A stretch of 64,000 nucleotides of DNA from a virus (Duplodnaviria; Caudoviricetes), in the IMG/VR virus record IMGVR_UViG_2879462666_000008, positions 1,116-65,115 of that record, one strand, 5' to 3'. Position 1 is the stretch's first letter, and the number at the start of each line of letters is the position of its first letter. Shown in pieces: positions 29,190 through 38,998 of this stretch. The translations under genes and the position numbers were made by a program. A model generated the notes under the pieces. It made no database searches. It saw only the letters and a program-made list of their open reading frames with translations, and had not been told where the DNA came from.

Positions 29190-30017
29190 TTACGCTGACC
29201 TCTTCGCGAAGTTATTCCGGATGGAAAACATCTCGCGCAGAGTCGCGTCCGGCTGTCCGTTCTTGCGGTAGAAAATGAACGGATTGATCTTGTAGTAGCG
29301 CGCGTTCCCGTATATCACTTCCGCGAATACGTATTGATCGCCAAAGCGCAGATTACGCAGCTTTGTATAAACGGACTTTTCGGTCACGCCCGTCAGCCTA
29401 GCGATATCCTCTTTCGTAAGCGGTAACGTATTCTCTACGTCCCGTTCGTAAGGATTCGCGCATATTGTATTCGTTTCGAGATGAACGTGGCGCAGCAGCT
29501 TATACACGAACCCGAGATCCTTCGCATTAACCTCCGAATACAGCGCCTTTACCTTCGCAACGAACGTCTTGATGACCGCCGTGTTATCCGATTTCCCCTG
29601 GAAGTGATAGCGCGGATTTAGCCGGTAAGTGTCCGCCTCTTCGGTAATTACGCCGGCCTCCGTCATCTCCTTAAGAAAGTGATGGGCGGTTGTCCGTCCG
29701 ATTCGCAGCGTCCGCATAATGTCCTCACGACTCATAGCGGTCTTATTCGGATTCTCAAGGATTGCGCTATAGTTGACGAAGCACTGTAAATAAAGAAGGT
29801 ATCCGCAGTGTTTATCGGATACCTTCTCGATTACCTCGTCAATGTTGCTCATTTGCGTTATCGTAAATTCGGGACCGCGACCGACTTTTTGCAATTGAAT
29901 GCGCCGGTATTCTTGGCGTTGGGCAGCGCTAGTCACGCGATCACCGTCTTCTAATATGAGAGCCCTATCGTGTGACTCGCCTGTTTCCGGATCAACTAAG
30001 CGCTTATATTCGGCCAA
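29190..30017 (-). CDS. RepL-like replication/DNA-binding protein with two wHTH-like regions
   Basis: YRLNPRYHFQG, DLGFVYKLL, LTKEDIARLTG, YYKINPFIFY. Confidence 0.6.
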   Translation of the reverse strand: MAEYKRLVDPETGESHDRALILEDGDRVTSAAQRQEYRRIQLQKVGRGPEFTITQMSNIDEVIEKVSDKHCGYLLYLQCFVNYSAILENPNKTAMSREDIMRTLRIGRTTAHHFLKEMTEAGVITEEADTYRLNPRYHFQGKSDNTAVIKTFVAKVKALYSEVNAKDLGFVYKLLRHVHLETNTICANPYERDVENTLPLTKEDIARLTGVTEKSVYTKLRNLRFGDQYVFAEVIYGNARYYKINPFIFYRKNGQPDATLREMFSIRNNFAKRSA

Positions 30018-30292
30018 TTCCCCAACTCCTTCCGGTACTCTTCCTCTATGTCTTCGTCCCAAACTTTTAATAATTCAAACGCAGTCTCGAATGGGATCAA
30101 ATCTTCATAGAACGCGAGGATTATATCTCGTTGTTTGAAGTTGGACCCACATATATACTCCAGCGCACCATTTTCAATTGCGATTATTTCAGGCATTAGG
30201 TCAATCCCGTAATGTTTACCTTTGTGGTAGAGTGATTTACCCGCCTCCAACCAGATATGGACGCAGCCCTCTCCGTATGTCAAATCGCTCAT
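29996..30292 (-). CDS. Hypothetical protein
   Basis: ORF coupled to neighbours. Confidence 0.6.
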   Translation of the reverse strand: MSDLTYGEGCVHIWLEAGKSLYHKGKHYGIDLMPEIIAIENGALEYICGSNFKQRDIILAFYEDLIPFETAFELLKVWDEDIEEEYRKELGNWPNISA

Positions 30293-30630
30293 ATCCGCAC
30301 CACCTCATCCGCAATCGAACCGTATAACTCCGGCTGATTACTGACCGCGAACATATCGGCATATTTCGTAGACTTAACGTAGCCTAGCTCGTCAGTATAT
30401 CCGATGACGGGCGCTAGTATCGCCGTTTCTGCATCCGCAATGATTACGCGATGTTTGGCGCCTTCCCACGTAAGTCGATCGTTAGTTTTAAATACTCCGC
30501 CAGTTTCCGTGCTCTCTAAATCCCGCAACGCCTGCGTAGCTTTCTTCGCCTCGCGCTGGATTGCCTTAAGTCCGCGGATCGTTTCCGCGATATTAACGTT
30601 CATTTCGCCAATGTTTCCGGCCATGTACAA
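30289..30630 (-). CDS. Hypothetical protein
   Basis: AGGAGG RBS; GLKAIQREAKKATQALRDLE. Confidence 0.7.
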   Translation of the reverse strand: MYMAGNIGEMNVNIAETIRGLKAIQREAKKATQALRDLESTETGGVFKTNDRLTWEGAKHRVIIADAETAILAPVIGYTDELGYVKSTKYADMFAVSNQPELYGSIADEVVRI

Positions 30631-30864
30631 CGCCTCCTATTCGTATGTAAAGCGTAAGGACGTGCGGAGTATACCCGCAACATTCGCATTCCAAACGCCC
30701 CTTAAACCTCCGGTTGTAACATATGTACAGCTAACCGCACGTATTATAGGTATCTGCACGTTACTTTTGTAACTTTCCCGCGCATAAAAACGCCACCTCC
30801 CCGGAAGGAAACGGCGCTATTTTGTCGAATATTATCCGTATTAACTCACGAAAGGACTACGCAC

Positions 30865-31059
30865 ATGAATCGCTTTATGAAGACGCTAACCTCGAACGTT
30901 CACTTTTATACCGCGCAACTCGAACGCGCACCGATCGTCATATTCGTAGATAACGAATTAACGGGCAGCGGAGTTATCGAGGAAATTACGGACCTCTCCG
31001 TTAAGGTGCGCGGCGAGTATTATATGCGCGCAGCCTGTACGTTTAAATATGCGAGCTAG
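30865..31059 (+). CDS. Small beta-barrel-like hypothetical protein
   Basis: AAAGGA RBS; opposite strand. Confidence 0.6.
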   Translation: MNRFMKTLTSNVHFYTAQLERAPIVIFVDNELTGSGVIEEITDLSVKVRGEYYMRAACTFKYAS

Positions 31060-31065
31060 GTGCGA

Positions 31066-32337
31066 TTAAGCTGCTAACGGAAGAGGCGCAGGATCGGCGG
31101 TTACATACGCATAATAAGCGTCAACAATCCGGTCCTGCCAGCCGAAGTCGAACGAACTAACCTCCTCACCCTCCCATGCTATTTCCTTGCCGGCGCCGAG
31201 TGTCAACTCGTTCCAGCGGTATGGTCCGTCGGCATACGTGCCCTTAGCGTCTCGATAACCGTCGCAAGTATCGTTAGCGTGCGTGAACATAAACGCGCTG
31301 ACGTCTTTAACGCTATGCCACGATGGAATGTGCGGGTATAGGTTCGAGCGCATCAAGTAATCGTCAGTAAAGTCCGATAGCAACTCGTCTAGCTGCGTTA
31401 ATCCGCCGCCCCATCTATCCGTTGAGCGACCGTCTTTATCGTAGCCAATGTCCGTTATCTTCGCGAAGTAGGCCGGCTGCTGGCCCGCGATGAACTTAGC
31501 GCCAAACTCCGTTATGTCATCGTAACCGCCACGCCTAAAGTTCGATCCCCAGCGTGTTTCTGCGGAAGGAATCAGCGGCGTTCCTGGCGGCGCTTTACGT
31601 ACGATGAGTATCTGCGTCTCAATTGTCGTACCTGTTAGCGCAAATGTTTCGCCAGGGAGTACGATCGTAGCTATATGCCAGCACGTTTGATACAGTAACT
31701 TGCGGATCGTCTCCGCATAGTTAGCAAACGCGAGTCCCAGCGGCAGCACAAACGCAATGTAACCGCCGGGCTTGACCGCTTTAATCGCGAGCTCAATAAA
31801 CGCCGATTCCGACTTACCCTTCGCGCGTCCTTTCGCCACTTTCAACGTCTCAAACGCGTCAGGTAAATCCACTGCAGCTACGTCGATACTAACGCCATAC
31901 GGAGGATTCCCGATAACATAATCGTAGTACTCGCGGCGACTGTGTAGGAACGCGTCTCCCCGGATAACGTTAGCCTGCGGATAGATAAGCGACGTTACTT
32001 TAGCTGACGTCTCATCGAGTTCTAGCGCAGTAATTTCCGCGTCTTGCGGTAAATGTTCGATAAACACGCCGCTGCCCGCGCTCGGTTCAAGGAAACGGGA
32101 GCCAGGCATAAATGAACCTCCGCACAAGCCCCGCAATGCTTCCGTTATAAACCGCGCTACGTGAGGCGGAGTATAGAACGCCCCGCCAGCGTATGCGTTA
32201 GGTAATAACCCGCCGGTTGACGTGTAGTTATCGCGGAGAAACTGAACGTCCTCCTCCGTAATGTCGGCGCGGGGCTTAGCAACTATCGCCATTGAGCGTA
32301 CATTGCCGTCCCATCTAGCGCGTGATGCTTTGCCCAT
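31066..32337 (-). CDS. N6-adenine DNA methyltransferase
   Basis: FYTP, LEPSAGSG (motif I), GNPPY (motif IV). Confidence 0.9.
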   Translation of the reverse strand: MGKASRARWDGNVRSMAIVAKPRADITEEDVQFLRDNYTSTGGLLPNAYAGGAFYTPPHVARFITEALRGLCGGSFMPGSRFLEPSAGSGVFIEHLPQDAEITALELDETSAKVTSLIYPQANVIRGDAFLHSRREYYDYVIGNPPYGVSIDVAAVDLPDAFETLKVAKGRAKGKSESAFIELAIKAVKPGGYIAFVLPLGLAFANYAETIRKLLYQTCWHIATIVLPGETFALTGTTIETQILIVRKAPPGTPLIPSAETRWGSNFRRGGYDDITEFGAKFIAGQQPAYFAKITDIGYDKDGRSTDRWGGGLTQLDELLSDFTDDYLMRSNLYPHIPSWHSVKDVSAFMFTHANDTCDGYRDAKGTYADGPYRWNELTLGAGKEIAWEGEEVSSFDFGWQDRIVDAYYAYVTADPAPLPLAA

Positions 32338-33071
32338 TAAGCCACCTCCCTTACGTAAATCTCCGCAGATTCCTCCGCGGGTTCTATTACGAGCTCATTA
32401 ACCACACTCATATCCTCCAGCCACCGCGCTCCAATACCGATGCAATCTACGAACGACTCTGTAAGCTCCCCATTTGTGTCCGCGAGATTGTACTTAGCAG
32501 TCGTGACCGTTGTTATATCCCGCACATACTGCGTAGCTCTCGCTTTATTGCGTATTTTTGCGTTTCGGTCAACATACTCATGCTCCCATTTTGACCGCAT
32601 ACGTTTCTTTTTCGGTCGGTAGTCGCGTCCGTCAGTGCCAATAGCCTCCGCTACCCACAATGAAACCTCCTTATCATGGCGGCGCTCAAGTTGCGATTCG
32701 GAGAAGAATGGGTACTCGGTGCGCGTCACTTTATCTGGATGATCATCCGTTAGCTCGTCATAAAGTACGATGTTAGCCAAACGGACGAGTAGCGTAGCGT
32801 CAGCGGGAACTAACGCGGGGCCTTCACCAGAACCGCCCCGTTCGAAATAGCGCCGCTGTATCTCTGCATTAAACTCGTTATGCGCGATGGTGTACGTGTC
32901 TGCGACTTCGGCCACAGCCGCCTGGCGCTGCGTGCGGTCGCGTAAATTGTACGTTTTATATGGAATATGTGCGGAGTAGTCCGCCTTGAATAGCGCCTTC
33001 ATTTGCGTCTCCATCTCCAGCACTGCTTCCGAAAGTGCCTCGCGATACGTTACATCTGGTTTACTCGTCAA
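32337..33071 (-). CDS. Conserved phage hypothetical protein
   Basis: L.RLAN..LY.ELTD.HPDKVTR.EYPF.SE.Q..RR. Confidence 0.75.
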   Translation of the reverse strand: MTSKPDVTYREALSEAVLEMETQMKALFKADYSAHIPYKTYNLRDRTQRQAAVAEVADTYTIAHNEFNAEIQRRYFERGGSGEGPALVPADATLLVRLANIVLYDELTDDHPDKVTRTEYPFFSESQLERRHDKEVSLWVAEAIGTDGRDYRPKKKRMRSKWEHEYVDRNAKIRNKARATQYVRDITTVTTAKYNLADTNGELTESFVDCIGIGARWLEDMSVVNELVIEPAEESAEIYVREVA

Positions 33072-33072
33072 A

Positions 33073-33474
33073 TTACGCCGCCTCCGTTTCGTCTTCGTCT
33101 AGTACGTAGCCAACCGTAATCTCCCCGTATTCCCATTTCCGATAAACCGCCGCGATCTTCTCCGCCGCCTCGTCTACGGATTGCTTAACGGTCGGCTGCG
33201 AAATCCCCATCGCTTTAGCCGCGTCTGCTTGCGTAAGGTCAACGCCATAAACCCACGCGACGGATTCCGCCTGGCGCTCCGTTAAGCCGGCCGAGCTGAT
33301 CGCGGAATTTAGGTCAACAAGGACGTCCGATGCGGAAGTGTTACCTTGAAAGCGCGCCTCACCGATATAATGTCGATCTCTAAGTAACTTCTTTACGCCA
33401 ACACTATCGCTCAAGGTGTACTTAACCGCGTAAGCCCTGCTGTCTTTCTCAGTATCAACCTTAATCGCTCCCAT
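33073..33474 (-). CDS. Sigma-70 region 4 HTH protein
   Basis: LTERQ...DLTQADAAKAMGISQPTV. Confidence 0.8.
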   Translation of the reverse strand: MGAIKVDTEKDSRAYAVKYTLSDSVGVKKLLRDRHYIGEARFQGNTSASDVLVDLNSAISSAGLTERQAESVAWVYGVDLTQADAAKAMGISQPTVKQSVDEAAEKIAAVYRKWEYGEITVGYVLDEDETEAA

Positions 33475-34371
33475 TTAAGCCGCCCCTTTATTAATCAGAT
33501 TAATAGCCACTCCGTATAAAACCACAGGTATCCAGTCAAAATCCCAGTAACAGATGCGAATTAAGGGAATTCCAGCCTGTGCACACCATTCATCTTTCTT
33601 ACGGTCGTGCTCTTTTAGCCAACCAAACCGCTCGTGTGCTAGTACCATGTTTTCCCCGCTAAAGTTTACCGGACGAAAATGCTGCTCTCCGTCGTACTCA
33701 ATGAGACAGGCAATTTCACCTTCGTGCAGTACAGCAAAGTCAAATAACAAAGAGTTTCCCTTAACTCCAACAAGCCCATCAAAAGACTTTTGAGCTTCAT
33801 AGACTAAGCCAAACTTCTCCAATTGGCGCTGAATGGCCTGCTCTCCCTTGGAAACCCTACAAATAGGACAACCCGTTCCTGCTGTGCGCGAATATACAGT
33901 CGTTTCCCATCGGTGCCCACATACTGCCCCTATCCAAGAGGCCCTAAAGTGGCTGCCGGGAGTCACCTCACTCGGTAGAACTCCGCTATTATTACCATGA
34001 TCCCAATCCGCCGCCATAGCAGGAAATAACTCCACTAGGTTGTTGCCCGCTGCGGCACGTGCAATTGCTACTTTTTTCATCTTGTGTGAGGTGCTACATG
34101 CTTTACATATATCCGCGCCATCTATCCGGGCCTTGATGATGTCTTTGAACTTTATTCTCGGCGTCTCTTTTCCGCAAAAGTCACATACTTTGACCACCTC
34201 AGTGTGACTCCCTCTATTCAAGTGTTCCGTCTTAACGTTTAACTTTTGCCCCATCTTAAAGGTGTAACCACTTCGCGTTTCTCTTCTCGGTATTCGATAT
34301 CCGAGTGACTCATAGTATCCTACCGTTCGGGAAGTTATGGTAATCTCTACCCAATCCTCTTTAACTGCTAT
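33475..34371 (-). CDS. Zinc-ribbon + DUF559/Vsr-like (homing-type) endonuclease, probable ATA start
   Basis: CDFC, CGH.W...GCPIC..SKGE, FDF, IEYDGEQHF, D.KKD..C...IPLIRI.Y; in-frame N-terminal extension YYESLGY. Confidence 0.8.
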   Translation of the reverse strand: MAVKEDWVEITITSRTVGYYESLGYRIPRRETRSGYTFKMGQKLNVKTEHLNRGSHTEVVKVCDFCGKETPRIKFKDIIKARIDGADICKACSTSHKMKKVAIARAAAGNNLVELFPAMAADWDHGNNSGVLPSEVTPGSHFRASWIGAVCGHRWETTVYSRTAGTGCPICRVSKGEQAIQRQLEKFGLVYEAQKSFDGLVGVKGNSLLFDFAVLHEGEIACLIEYDGEQHFRPVNFSGENMVLAHERFGWLKEHDRKKDEWCAQAGIPLIRICYWDFDWIPVVLYGVAINLINKGAA

Positions 34372-34473
34372 TTTTACCGCCCCTTTTATACGGAAGCCCT
34401 ACGCTATATGAACGATGCCGCACGTAGTAACCTCCGCTATTGTGAAATATTCTAACGTTGAAACTTGCGAATA

Positions 34474-34671
34474 CTACTCCGCAATCGTCCGCATTATTCC
34501 GAGTTCCTCCGCCACATATCCGTTCTCACAATCGCCTTCGTGCGTGGCGTCTCCGTTCATATACCGTATAAGCTCATCGCCTACGTAAATCTCACCGCCG
34601 CAGTACGTACAGTTAGCGGATACGCGCGGTTCAGTCGGAGGCTGAAAGCGTTCGTCTATCGGCGTCCACAT
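34474..34671 (-). CDS. Small zinc-finger protein
   Basis: CTYCGGEIYVGD...H..C. Confidence 0.7.
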   Translation of the reverse strand: MWTPIDERFQPPTEPRVSANCTYCGGEIYVGDELIRYMNGDATHEGDCENGYVAEELGIMRTIAE

Positions 34672-34672
34672 A

Positions 34673-35812
34673 TTACGCAGCCTCCCGTAAGTCTTGCGCT
34701 AAGACAACGTTAAGTTGCTCCGCCAGCGCGACTCCGATTAGGTAGGAGACGCGCGATGCGACTCCGTTACCGACAATACGATATTGCGCGGACAGCGAGA
34801 TTGTGTCTGGCAGTACGTACGAATCGGGGGCTGATTGGATGCGGAGGCACTCGCGGACGGTGAAACGGCGGGGCCCATGTAGCGGATGAATCGGCTGACC
34901 GCTGTTGTGGTGCGCTGGTATCGTATTACACGGAGCATCCATCGTTTGAACGCGGTTAGCTTGATCGTACGAATACTCACGCCCCGGAGTCCAAAAACGT
35001 CCGCAATCCTGCTCGGCGGGCTCCGGCAAATCACCGATTACATCGCGCAATACCTGCGTCCGATAATCCCATACGTATGGCGACGGAAATTCAAACGTAA
35101 ACGCCAAGTCCTTCCGCACACCTACGATGAACACGCGCTCTCTTTTCTGAGCTACGCCATAATTCCACGCGTTGATTACGCGCCAGGTAACCGCGTAGCC
35201 GATCTCGTCAAACTGCGCTAATAAAGCGTCGAATGTCGGGCGGTGCTTCTTCGTAAGGAGACCCTTTACGTTTTCGAATACGAAGGCTTTCGGCTGCTTG
35301 TCCGCGATGATACGCAGGTACGTCCATACGAGTTTACCGCGCTCTCCCTCTTCGCCTGCACCCGAACCGGCAACGCTGTAGTCTTGGCACGGCGGTCCGC
35401 CTGCGATAATGTCTGCGTCGGGTATTTGCGCCTGTATTAAGTCAGACGTAATATCTCCGCAGATTACGTGATCGCCGATGTTGTAGGCGTACGCTTCTGC
35501 CGCACGCTTATCGAAGTCGTTCGCGAAGGTGATATCGTAGCCTGCCGCTTGTAATCCGACCGCCATTAGTCCGCCGCCGCAGAATAACTCAGCTACCGTT
35601 AAGCCATTCGCAGGTAATTGCGGTGTTACGTTATAGTTGCGTATGGATATCGTCTCCTCTTCGCTCAATTTTCCGGGATGAAGCGACGCGTCCCGTGCGC
35701 TCGTTGGTACCGTATAAGCGGCTTCGTCCCAATTAACAACGCGCTTACGAGATAGGTAGCGCGATGAGTAGCGCCCGTCTTGCGGATTCTTAACGTGATT
35801 GCTTATCGTCAT
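34673..35812 (-). CDS. C5-cytosine DNA methyltransferase with extra N-terminal TRD-like segment
   Basis: ELFCGGG, GGPPCQ, FENVKG, QKRER, RRFTVRE, GNGV; GAGGAGG RBS before ATG 35812. Confidence 0.92.
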   Translation of the reverse strand: MTISNHVKNPQDGRYSSRYLSRKRVVNWDEAAYTVPTSARDASLHPGKLSEEETISIRNYNVTPQLPANGLTVAELFCGGGLMAVGLQAAGYDITFANDFDKRAAEAYAYNIGDHVICGDITSDLIQAQIPDADIIAGGPPCQDYSVAGSGAGEEGERGKLVWTYLRIIADKQPKAFVFENVKGLLTKKHRPTFDALLAQFDEIGYAVTWRVINAWNYGVAQKRERVFIVGVRKDLAFTFEFPSPYVWDYRTQVLRDVIGDLPEPAEQDCGRFWTPGREYSYDQANRVQTMDAPCNTIPAHHNSGQPIHPLHGPRRFTVRECLRIQSAPDSYVLPDTISLSAQYRIVGNGVASRVSYLIGVALAEQLNVVLAQDLREAA

Positions 35813-35944
35813 CCTGCGCCTCCTCACGTTTCGCCAGCGGAGTCCGATCGTCATAAGGGACCGCACTAATCGCGTCAATGCGTCCGTACATATAACCGGC
35901 TTCGTAACCTGCGCGGTAAGCTCCGCCCACTTCATCCGTCGACA

Positions 35945-36502
35945 TCACGCCGCCTCCTTTAGTGTCAGCCCCGCGATAATCTCGTCAATCTGCGCGTAGA
36001 GAGCGTCGAGCGTCCCGTCATTCACTACTGTAAAATCCGCAGCATAGCCGTCGAGTGCCGTTTCCGTTCCGTGCGCGAGGTCAGCGTAATTGAACGTGTC
36101 GCCCGAGTTGACGGCGCGCTCGATGCGTAGGCCGTCCGGTGCAGTTACGCGGATAAGGACGTATGAACGGGCGGCTAGCGCGTCAGCCTCGTTTAACTGG
36201 CGAACGTCGGAGATTACCGCGCGGAAATCGAGGTTTGCGTAGTAAGCGCGCTGAACCTCCGCAAGACACTTGCGTATCCAGACGTCCGCGTCAACGTGTT
36301 CGCGCATAAACTGTCCGTGAAACTGGTAGCCGGCGCGCGGTTTAGGATCGCGTGGGATCTCCGGATAGCGGCGGTGAAAATCGCGTTTCAATTCGTCGCC
36401 GAACGCGAACTGCGTATATCCGTATTTGGACGCGAGGTAATCGCCGACTAATGACTTTCCTGCGCGAAGCTTGCCAGTAAGTGCGATGTTAGGCAACGTC
36501 AG
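35945..36502 (-). CDS. Deoxynucleoside monophosphate kinase
   Basis: GKLRAGKS, FGDELK, ISDVRQ.NE, H.TE. Confidence 0.85.
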   Translation of the reverse strand: MTLPNIALTGKLRAGKSLVGDYLASKYGYTQFAFGDELKRDFHRRYPEIPRDPKPRAGYQFHGQFMREHVDADVWIRKCLAEVQRAYYANLDFRAVISDVRQLNEADALAARSYVLIRVTAPDGLRIERAVNSGDTFNYADLAHGTETALDGYAADFTVVNDGTLDALYAQIDEIIAGLTLKEAA

Positions 36503-37361
36503 AATAATCAACCCCTTTCGATTTTAGAAATCCGAGCTTTACATCCAGGTTAGTTAAGTCCTCACTGAAAAGCTCAATCAGCAAGTATCCGCGACGTAAG
36601 CACAGACTTCTTTTTAACTTCATCCTGTCCGCGTACTCAGGTAGCTTCGGAAGACCAAAGAACTCAATGTAGTAGGGACCGACCTTAAAGTCAGCGATTA
36701 ACTTCCCAAAGTACGGAACGTGAGCCTGGTAATGGACCCCGTTATCGTACAGCCAATCCGCGACTATAGATTCGGATATGCTGTCGTATAACAACCCGTC
36801 TTTCCCATATGTTTTATTTCCGTAAATATTCTCGTTTAGGGGAAGCCCTGCTTTAGTTAAGGCGTTATTCCAGCCCCCAAAGCGCACTTGAAACGTTGCC
36901 CACCCGTAAGCGAGTTGGTCCCGAGTAGAAGGGCTCCTGCCTGTTTCTATCCTGAACCTACGCAACTCAGAGAGCAGCTCTTCATCGCTAACTGGACACC
37001 AAGTAGGCTTTAGTCCGACGGCTTTAAGGGCGTTTGTCCACGTCCCGAAACGCTTGTTATAAGTACCTTTGCCACACACGCCGGCTCTACCTGTGAGATC
37101 GGAGGCGAACGGCGTCCTACCCAGTTCCTCCGCGAGGGCAACAATGTCGGCTAGCATCTCCTCATCCGATTTAGTAGGGGTACTCCTCTTGTTGGTAGGG
37201 ATACCTAGATAAAGTAGATACTCGTTATAGGACTTTCCTGTCCTCGCTTTGATAGTTTTAATGGACGGCAGTCTGAGCCTCCTAATATCCGAGGAGGACG
37301 GCGCCTTACCGTAAACAAGGAAATGCTCGATAAACAGCCCCTCTAAGTCCTCGTCGGATAT
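36489..37361 (-). CDS. Homing-endonuclease-associated-repeat protein with C-terminal PD-(D/E)XK-like nuclease
   Basis: Repeats LGRTP...RFGTWTNALKAVGL and RFGGWNNALTKAGL; DS.SE...DF...IEFFG. Confidence 0.8.
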   Translation of the reverse strand: MSDEDLEGLFIEHFLVYGKAPSSSDIRRLRLPSIKTIKARTGKSYNEYLLYLGIPTNKRSTPTKSDEEMLADIVALAEELGRTPFASDLTGRAGVCGKGTYNKRFGTWTNALKAVGLKPTWCPVSDEELLSELRRFRIETGRSPSTRDQLAYGWATFQVRFGGWNNALTKAGLPLNENIYGNKTYGKDGLLYDSISESIVADWLYDNGVHYQAHVPYFGKLIADFKVGPYYIEFFGLPKLPEYADRMKLKRSLCLRRGYLLIELFSEDLTNLDVKLGFLKSKGVDYSDVA

Positions 37362-37380
37362 CCTAAAACCTCCGATGCAG

Positions 37381-38508
37381 TTACCCAACGCGAACCGCCG
37401 CCCAGCATTCGTCTATAATTCTTTCAACGTCAGCCTTCGCACGCTCAACGATTCCGTCGCGGATTTTTTGAGCGGACTTCTTAACATATGACGGTAACGT
37501 AGTATCAACGGGACCCTCCGCAACTTTAACGTAAGAAGGCGAGCTGTCCGTTTCGAGCGCGAGGATGCGCTTTTCAAGCGTTAAGGTGCGCTTCTCAAGC
37601 GCTTTGATCTCGCCGCTAACGCCCTCTTCGATGAGAACGATATCCTCGCGTGCCACACGTAGGTCGCCCTCTAATTGCGCAATCTTACGTGTGAGCACCG
37701 TGATGTTCTCCGCGTATTGATCAGCGATGGGCAGCGCGGATAGGGGCGTCGGAGTCGGCGCTAGTTCCGCGGAGGTTAGCGGTTCGAGTACGCGATAATA
37801 CGCTTCAAGAACGTTGCCGCGTCCGTCCAGCCCGACCGCAGGAATCCCGTAATCCGTACGCTCAACTACGAACGTTTGACCTGCGCGGAAGTATGCGCGG
37901 TCTTCTGTAACAATCACGCGCTCGCCCACCGCAGCCTTACGGTCGACCATTCGGTACGCGCGATTAACTCCGTCCTTATCGTCGATGCGCAGGATATCCG
38001 TAGGTTCGAGGACTACGTAGTCCACCTCTTTTACCGCCCACCAGTCGCGCTTATCAAGATACTCCGCAGTATTTACGCTACGGATGCGGACAATCTCGCC
38101 GCTAGGGAAATGGTGCCCGCAATTATTATCCGTAATCTTAACGAGTTCACCTACGTTAGCCGTCCGCTTAACCTCGCGATATTCACGTGAGATACCGCCG
38201 AGCGATTCGTCGGGGAGGAGCGTAATGCCTACGATGGCTTCGTCCGGGAGAATGCGCAGTCCCTTTTCCGAATAGAGAAATTGTTCACCGTTACGCGCTT
38301 GCACGACCCAAATCATAGCGCCGTCATGCACGAAAGTTGATGTAAGCAGCGTCACCGTATCTCCATCGTTTAAGTGGCTGCGCTTGTCACTTCCGTAAAC
38401 GTATGCTGCTTTCGGGTATCCGTGCTCAGCTGCGAGTGTTACCCAATTCGTATATACCTGCAGTGAGTTCGTGATCTCCGCTTTTCTACCGTCGATAACC
38501 TTCGTCAT
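37381..38508 (-). CDS. Hypothetical protein with KOW/SH3-like repeats and coiled coil
   Basis: YREVKR.A.VGE...YVVLEP-type module twice. Confidence 0.75.
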   Translation of the reverse strand: MTKVIDGRKAEITNSLQVYTNWVTLAAEHGYPKAAYVYGSDKRSHLNDGDTVTLLTSTFVHDGAMIWVVQARNGEQFLYSEKGLRILPDEAIVGITLLPDESLGGISREYREVKRTANVGELVKITDNNCGHHFPSGEIVRIRSVNTAEYLDKRDWWAVKEVDYVVLEPTDILRIDDKDGVNRAYRMVDRKAAVGERVIVTEDRAYFRAGQTFVVERTDYGIPAVGLDGRGNVLEAYYRVLEPLTSAELAPTPTPLSALPIADQYAENITVLTRKIAQLEGDLRVAREDIVLIEEGVSGEIKALEKRTLTLEKRILALETDSSPSYVKVAEGPVDTTLPSYVKKSAQKIRDGIVERAKADVERIIDECWAAVRVG

Positions 38509-38626
38509 TAGTAACCGTCCCCTTTTCGGATAGTATTCTTATTCGTTATTCCCACCGTTGGCGCGGCGGGTTCTTGCGCATGTGCTGACGGAGCTTTGCC
38601 CGTTAACTCCGTAAGACATGCGCTAT

Positions 38627-38881
38627 TTATTGCTCATCCCCGTAATTCTCGTCGATAAATCCCGCTATTAAATCGAATTGCATATGCGTCAGCATTACGG
38701 CGCGCTCCGCCATATCAACGCCGTGCCATCCCGTCATAATTGCGTGTGGATCGGCGTTCGGTCCGCTAACTGCGAACATGGCTCCGGTTATTAGGCCGGC
38801 GCGTGCCTGCGCTGCTAATGCGTCGAATGCGGCGGCAATTTCGTTCTGTACGCATGGGAACGGGATTATTGTTGCAGTCAT
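38627..38881 (-). CDS. Hypothetical protein
   Basis: GAGGAGG RBS. Confidence 0.65.
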   Translation of the reverse strand: MTATIIPFPCVQNEIAAAFDALAAQARAGLITGAMFAVSGPNADPHAIMTGWHGVDMAERAVMLTHMQFDLIAGFIDENYGDEQ

Positions 38882-38998
38882 TTATAGCGCCTCCTCTACG
38901 TTAATATCGTGAATACCCCGTACCAGAACGCCGCGCATCCGATGAGAATAGCGGACCACACCGCGATGAATGCGTAGTTAATCCGTTTCATCCTGCGC

